Part shown: piece after piece, positions 63,634 through 64,000 of the stretch | Layout of the letters: every line of letters begins with the position of its first letter | Position numbering within the stretch: the stretch's first letter is position 1 | Assembly (NCBI GenBank): GCA_041984235.1 | Contig: JBHIYN010000016.1 | Location: 67,058 to 131,057, forward strand | Source of the DNA: Gammaproteobacteria bacterium | Lineage (GTDB): Bacteria; Pseudomonadota; Gammaproteobacteria; Ga0077536 | Reading direction: 5' to 3' | DNA: 64,000 nt | The notes under the pieces: generated by a model | Told to the model about the DNA's origin: nothing | What the model saw: the letters and a program-made list of their open reading frames with translations, nothing else | Databases searched by the model: none | Position numbers and translations under genes: made by a program

Positions 63634-63981
63634 GTCAGCGGACACCGATTTTTCGGAACCAGGCAGCGCGAGCCAGTAAGGGCATCGCTTCACCACAAAC
63701 GCGGTGCAGGCTCGGTCGAAGCGCCGTGCCCGTCCGAGAGGCGGCCCGCCGAATCGGGTTTGCAGGATAGGAGCGAAGGCGTAGGCTTCAAGTCGTGACC
63801 CCGACGCAGCCGGGGTGGGGAAGGATCTTCTCGAGTCAGGGACAGGCACGTGCCGGGGAGTCATTGGAGTGATTGTTGCTGAACTTAGGCCGCATGTGTC
63901 GAGCTGCCGTGCCAGCCTGGTCGCTCGGCACAGCACCGTAGAGTGCCCGCAGCACAGCCATTGGTTCTCAAAGGCCGAGAC

Positions 63982-64000
63982 ACCCAACAAGTTGTTGGAG
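63982..64000 (+). other. attC: start of attC site 10 (family B; truncated by window end)
   Basis: ACCCAACAAGTTGTTGGAG matches the 5' end of attC 4 (GCCCAACAAGTCGTTGGAG). Confidence 0.5.

Larger units (their letters stand above)
56829..64000. mobile_element. chromosomal integron: intI, attI and a cassette array of at least 10 cassettes, continuing past the window end
   Basis: intI is divergent from an array of same-orientation ORFs, each followed by an attC with RYYYAAC...GTTRRRY cores. GC drops to ~50% versus ~70% in flanking core genes. Confidence 0.85.

Noticed and set aside
63616-63990. 124-aa minus-strand ORF filling cassette 10
   Set aside because: It starts and ends inside attC sites, is Cys/Arg/Pro-rich with no motif, and is oriented opposite to all other cassette genes. 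It is more likely that cassette 10 is non-coding or decayed.

Overview
This is a high-GC (~68-70%) gammaproteobacterial chromosome segment, with gene order and oriC placement reminiscent of Xanthomonadales-like genomes. It spans the replication-origin neighbourhood, with rpmH-rnpA-yidC-mnmE divergent from dnaA-dnaN-recF-gyrB and DnaA boxes plus an AT-rich tract between dnaA and dnaN. Core housekeeping genes read from sequence are: coaD-rsmD and two M16 peptidases; ftsYEX and rpoH; an aa3-type cytochrome c oxidase cluster (coxB-coxA-cox11-coxC-surf1-ctaA-ctaB with small accessory membrane proteins); bioBFCD; a comF-like gene; a glycosyltransferase/sulfotransferase/methyltransferase/ELM1 glycan (LPS-core-like) locus; ilvE, glnE and a ybdL-like aminotransferase; fxsA, cutA-dsbD-tlpA, aroQ-accBC, prmA, dusB-fis and purHD. 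The most notable content is the last ~7 kb (56.8-64.0 kb). It holds a sedentary chromosomal integron: an IntI-family integrase convergent with purD, an attI region, and at least 10 gene cassettes of ~50% GC, each bounded by attC sites of two alternating sequence families, with the array running off the window end. The cassettes carry orphan proteins. These include a zinc-ribbon plus DUF4145/HEPN-like protein, an NDT/TIR-fold-like protein, a GIY-YIG-like small protein and a cupin, plus ORF-less cassettes. These are candidate undescribed toxin/defence modules. Other unexplained structure includes a pair of ~95-bp perfect palindromic elements carrying a duplicated fxsA fragment, and three tandem ~140-160-bp hairpin-containing repeats between purH and purD.
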